The notes beneath the pieces are model-generated. The model did not search any database and was not told the origin of the DNA. It was given only the letters and a program-made list of their open reading frames with translations. From positions 20,956,001 through 21,020,000 of the forward strand of contig OZ024758.1 in NCBI GenBank assembly GCA_964016885.1: a DNA stretch of 64,000 nucleotides, read 5' to 3'. The translations under genes and the position numbers were made by a program. This DNA comes from Eledone cirrhosa (Eukaryota). Shown piece after piece: positions 58,864 through 64,000 of this stretch (the first letter of the stretch is position 1; every line of letters begins with the position of its first letter).

Positions 58864-59095
58864 ACTGGGGTAATTGCTGGCCTTGTGCCAAAACGTAGAA
58901 ACAATTATTACTTATATATAGGGTGGTGGATTGGCAGCATCGGTAGAGAGTCGGAGACCATGCTTTGAAGCATAGAGTTACGTCCATTTATGATCTGAGT
59001 CCAAATCCCGCCGAGGTTAACATTGCCGTTCATCCTTACGGGATCGATAAAATAAAGTACCAGTAATGCTGGTCTTGTGCCTAAAATAGAAATAA
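58864..59095 (+). mobile_element. SINE S1 tail fragment plus full copy
   Basis: S1 consensus; ATTACTTATATATA flanks the full copy. Confidence 0.85.
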
Positions 59096-59103
59096 GTATT
59101 ACT

Positions 59104-59130
<27 letters not shown>

Positions 59131-59134
<4 letters not shown>

Positions 59135-61320
59135 AGATTTGAATGGATACAGTTTAATTAAAAGGAATTTATTGACTCGTGTTTCTATAACAGTTACATA
59201 ACCTGAAAACAGCTGCTATCTACAAAGTATTAGTTATGCAGACATTCAATATTTCAATGTTATTATCAACTGTCATTTCATCGGAATAATTTTACTGAGG
59301 ACCTGTTTGGTTTTTATAGAGAATATTAGGAGGGAGGGGTGAAGTTGTTAGAAGAATAGTTGAGGGGGTGGTTTTTTGATAGCAGTGAGAATTGTTGGTG
59401 GCAGTGAGTAATTAGATTCCCATCTGTTGTTTTGACATTTTTATAGAATATATTATTGGTTATTTTTCTAAATCTATAGAAGGATTAGAGATAGTATAGA
59501 TATGCGTGGTTGGTTTTGTGTTTGCACTTAATTAACATTCAGACTTAAATTTTTCTTTCAAGTGTACGTATCCTTTCGCCCACGCATTCACACACAAACA
59601 TATATGCACACCTCTACAAAATACATATACTCTCATTCACATACTTACATGCTCATACTTACATACATATACACATGCATACATATATATATATATACAC
59701 ACATATATACATGTACATACACACGCGTTCATGTGTATACATTTTCATACTCAACTTATCTTTATATACACACGTATAGACACACACATATATACATACA
59801 TACTCCAGTCTATGTGTATATATATATATATATATAAGCACTTTAATACATGAATACACTTACATCTAACTATACACATCAAACATATATATATATTTAC
59901 TTATTTATATACATTTTCACATATATATACATACTTATGGTCGCTTTTAGACACATTCATTATCGCATATTTGCACCTATTCTCATCAGCATAACTTTCT
60001 ATTATTAGTGTCGTAATTTAAGGTTATTAATATACATATATATGTTGAGAAGAGATTATTTTTATATTTTTCTAACTAGATTGAGGTTTATATAGTTGGG
60101 GGGATGTCCCTCTTTTATGTAATATTCAGCTTGTAGTGGGAAAAAAGGGTTTTAGTTCGGTGACGGCAGAATAATGTTCGTTCAATTCTGTTATTCAGCA
60201 ATTTCCTCTTGTGTGTGATTATGTAATAAATCTCAAGATTACACAATTTGCAGAAATTTTGGCTCCTGGAAAATCTTTGGGTTTTAGCTAATTTCTCCCA
60301 TTTTAGGGTAAACTTTTGATCGCTATCCCTGAGCGTCCAAGCTTTTTCTGCTAAAGTTGTTACATTTCTTTGGCTCTGGTGTTTTATTGAGTAAGAATGC
60401 CTATATAATCGAGATTTAAACGATGTTGCCGTTGATCCCACGTAATACCACTCGTTGCCTCCGGATTTAATGGTACGCTTATAAACAATATTTTTTTCCA
60501 GGCAGTTATTGCCGAGGGGACAGTTGTCAGGATAGGTGCAGTTACAGTTGTGTACGTTGGGTTTTCTCTGGAGTAGTATTGCGGACGAACTTAGGTGTGG
60601 TTTATTTATGTTCTGTAGTGTATTGTCTACTGTTTTTTTGTGTTCTTTGTACTTAAGTTTTTAGTGTTTTCGTTTAACCTTCTAGTATTGATCTTTTTTA
60701 TGTGTTGTTCAAGGTTTAACGCTGTAGAGTATGACAGTCTTATAGTGGTAAGGTTTAGGATTTTGTGGTATTTGTGTGATGTAGGAAAATGTCTCTTACT
60801 TATTTTAAAGAAGAGTACTGGTAAATTTGTACTAATGGAACTATTGTATTCGGGGTTATACCATAAGTACTCTTTGCATCGCTTTCTATTAGTTTTGTTT
60901 GTTGGTTTACTGGTGTGTATACTATGGTAGTAAGTGTGGTTTGGTGTTGTGTTATTATATCTACCTATGTGGGATTTATTTTGGGTGTTTTGATTGTTCT
61001 CATCTATATACTCTATTTTGTTGAGGTAGCCTGCTTTACTAAGGGCGTTATCGTAGTACTCGGCGTGTTCCTTAAATACTTGTATGTTAGAAGATAGACC
61101 CGAGATTCTAAGGGAAATATTTTTAGGGATAGATTTAATTATAGAGATGTGGTGGTTAGACCCAACATTTACGTATTTGAGATTTTCATTCAATTTATGA
61201 AACGGTTTAATCAGACCAGAGTTTAAATTGAGTGTGATATCCAGGAAGTTAACTACTTTAAGGTTGTATTCATATGTTATAGTTAGTCCTATTTCGAGTA
61301 GTAGTTTTCTTATATCTTTA
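59131..61320 (-). mobile_element. Second Penelope-like element, 5'-truncated, degenerate
   Basis: Minus-strand ORFs 60627-61373 (VVNFLDITLNL, YVNVGSNH, WYNP, IRLSYS) and 60115-60441, plus the intervening CNC-x5-CPL, IVYK..YYVGST..FKSRLYRH, CKLC, LLN. Low-complexity 3' UTR ends in GAAACACGAGTC-AATAAA before (TA)n; the 3' boundary is approximate. Confidence 0.85.
60115..61320 (-). pseudogene. PLE RT C-terminus/GIY-YIG coding remnant with a frameshift near 60630
   Basis: Collinear with the protein at 24973-26040 but diverged; frame break near an A-run. Confidence 0.85.
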
Positions 61321-61711
61321 CGAAGGAAATGTGGTAAGGAACCAGGTGGACCATAACGCACCAAAGTACTCAATACTTAGTAGGGTAGTAGAGTGGGTAA
61401 TAGGAACAAATAAGACCCCGACGGCTGATCTCAAGCCGTTTCGACGGCTAATTCTGTGTGTGTCACACACAGAAACAAAATGGCGTAGGACAGAACAAAG
61501 GAGAGGCACAAAAACAAAGAAAGGAATCCCCAGTCACTGAAGAGGTCACAGAGTGTGTGACGAAAGAACTATGACAATATATAAACAACTATCTGGTTGT
61601 GGAACCAACCAACTAACCAGAAATTTATAAATTTATTAATTTATTATAATAAATTGAAGTGAAAGCATGGTGCGTGTGTTTCTTATTGGCAACATGACCC
61701 TCCCAAAGTAT

Positions 61712-61716
<5 letters not shown>
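61321..61716. mobile_element. Chimeric PLE-end insertion: family A long arm (61321-61455, -) plus family E short arm (61456-61716, +)
   Basis: First part matches 24249-24380; second part is the reverse complement of ~23504-23770. Confidence 0.75.
61533..61575 (+). ncRNA. Minimal type I hammerhead (family E)
   Basis: GTCA-CTGAAGA-GGTCACAgagtgTGTGAC-GAAAGaaCTA-TGAC. Confidence 0.7.
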
Positions 61717-61808
<92 letters not shown>

Positions 61809-61922
61809 TATATAAACATATATATAAACATGTGTATATATGTGTATATATATATATATATATGTGTATATATATATATGTGTATATATATATATGTGTA
61901 TATATATATATGTGTATATATA

Positions 61923-61995
<73 letters not shown>

Positions 61996-62096
61996 ATGTG
62001 TACATATATAAATGTATATATATATATTTATTAAAATAACAGATTAAAGTTTAAGCAAAGAATCGCTGCTTTCACCCTTAACGGGATCTTCTGAAA

Positions 62097-62139
<43 letters not shown>

Positions 62140-62230
62140 GTGTGTATATTAAATGTATATACATGTATATATATTGTGATACTTTGGGAGGGTCATGTTG
62201 CTAATAAACATACATATACACACACACACA

Positions 62231-62290
<60 letters not shown>

Positions 62291-62546
62291 GTGTGTACGT
62301 ATTATTCATGAGTTTTAACAGCTCCATCTATTATATATAATCATACACACAGGAAAATATACCTAAATGTTTGAAACGTTTAGATAAGTGTGTGCATAGC
62401 TTAAGATTATCCCATTGCCCTATTTGAACTGAATATGTAAATTCTTCAATATTTCTAACAAGAGTTTTCACAAATACTATATATTCGTCAACATATATTA
62501 TTATTTCTGGCAATATTATTACAACGATATGACCCTCCCCAAGTAT

Positions 62547-62639
<93 letters not shown>

Positions 62640-63812
62640 CGGACGTATATGTTTTTGGAGACATTAGTATATATTCAAATATTTAAGCATTATGTTTTTT
62701 TCTCATTTAATGTATATCAGCTAATTATTTATGTACAAATAGACGAGGAATAACATCTTGAGATTCATATGCTAGACGCCGTGTAAGAGAACTTTACGAA
62801 TGGACTTATTGACAATTAAGAATTTAAAAAATCTGCACTTTCCGCCTACATCTTACGGAATCTTATCATTTAGAAATCTCTATATTAAGTTTACTGTATC
62901 TTGTGATAGTATTTTTCCTTTCATGTCTCCTTGATTAGCGATTTGACTTCATTTTCAAAGCAAATATAATTTTGTATCTTCTTTTCATCTGCATAGATTA
63001 CTTTCTAAAATAACTGCATTCCTCATTAATACTGAAATTATCTAATGCCTAATATGAATAATTGCATATTTTAAAATAAAATTGATTACCGTTTTAGATA
63101 GAAGACTATGTTTAACAGACGTTCGGGTTATTTGTTCCAACCAACAAGAGAATGATATTGCTTTTGGTTCTGTGTTTTAATGTTTCTCTGCTATTTTATA
63201 TCATGCAAAACAAAATTATATTAATACGAAATATAACGTTTTTGAACATTATATAACGACTTTATATTTAAATAAGTTTTGTTTCTTAAACGTATTTAAA
63301 TGTAGTTTTCTGTAGCAGATGCTCTCGGGTATACACTAACTAATTGTAACAACTGCAGTATAGATACATTAGATATATTGCTAATATTTAAAACCTAGCA
63401 ACACTAAAAACAGGCAAGTAAATTGAAATATATTTTTAAGAAATTGTTCAAATTATTTACCTGTCTCAAATGAAAGATGTGTTCGTGTATTATATGGAAT
63501 ATATCATTTATGAAACAAATACACATGGAAAGAAAACTGAATATTGAAATCGTTTTATTGTAATCTCTCTTTTAAAGCACTGAAGTAAAACGATATGATG
63601 TACAATACCTACTCAGTAGTTGAATGAGGAACTTTGAAAATTGAATATTTGTTGACATTCGTACATTTGAAAAAAAAACAAGAACAACGATATATAGCCA
63701 GTGATTCATTTACAATGCAGAAATCAAATTTTAAAAGGAATTCCTAGATGACATTACATTGTACCTCATCAATTTCATAGGCATCAGTGCTAGATATGGG
63801 TATATATATAGC

Positions 63813-63940
63813 TTTGAAACGGCCGGAGCTCAGCCGTCGGGATCCTGACACATTTCCTGTTACGCACTCTACTACTCTAAATATTGTGTACTCTGGTGCA
63901 TTATGGTCCACCTTTTATCTTAGCACACCCTGTTTGTGTG

Positions 63941-63942
<2 letters not shown>
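63813..63942 (+). mobile_element. Diverged family-A-related pLTR fragment (3' half of hammerhead plus tail)
   Basis: GAAACGGCCGGAGCTCAGCCGTCGGG..CACTCTACTAC..TGGTGCATTATGGTCCACC, between (TA)n tracts. Confidence 0.65.
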
Positions 63943-63986
<44 letters not shown>

Positions 63987-64000
63987 AAGAGGGTGTGGTA

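Noticed and set aside
61318-61373. [18 protein letters not shown] as the N-terminus of the PLE ORF
   Set aside because: Derived from the family A pLTR tail fused by chance in frame to a truncated RT.

Overview
AT-rich, microsatellite-saturated eukaryotic non-coding DNA; the SINE and LINE repertoire suggests an octopod or other cephalopod mollusc (inference). I found no convincing host exon, and almost all listed ORFs are (TA)n/(CA)n/(TAA)n artefacts. Recognisable coding remnants are all retrotransposons: two 5'-truncated Penelope-like elements (PLEs) with RT C-terminus, Zn-finger linker and GIY-YIG endonuclease (24247-27244, ORF open; ~59131-61320, frameshifted); four R4/Dong-like fragments in a (TAA)n tract (30959-33653); and Tx1/L1-, CRE-, CR1- and RTE-like 3' ends. 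There are also ~20 copies of a tRNA-derived SINE, a second SINE family, a non-autonomous Helitron and a hAT MITE. The main hidden signal is that the short islands between (TA)n tracts are PLE terminal (pLTR) fragments from at least 8 sequence families. Many carry type I hammerhead ribozyme folds, some with variant cores (U3-A8, U4A, GCAA, U-U closing stem II). Many share one asymmetric inverted architecture (long arm with a 55-135 nt tail plus a short arm), including one apparently chimeric two-family insertion. Separately, a 310-bp cassette with two convergent tRNA-like Pol III units between inverted ends occurs twice as an inverted pair (15288-16228). All folds and alignments were done by eye.
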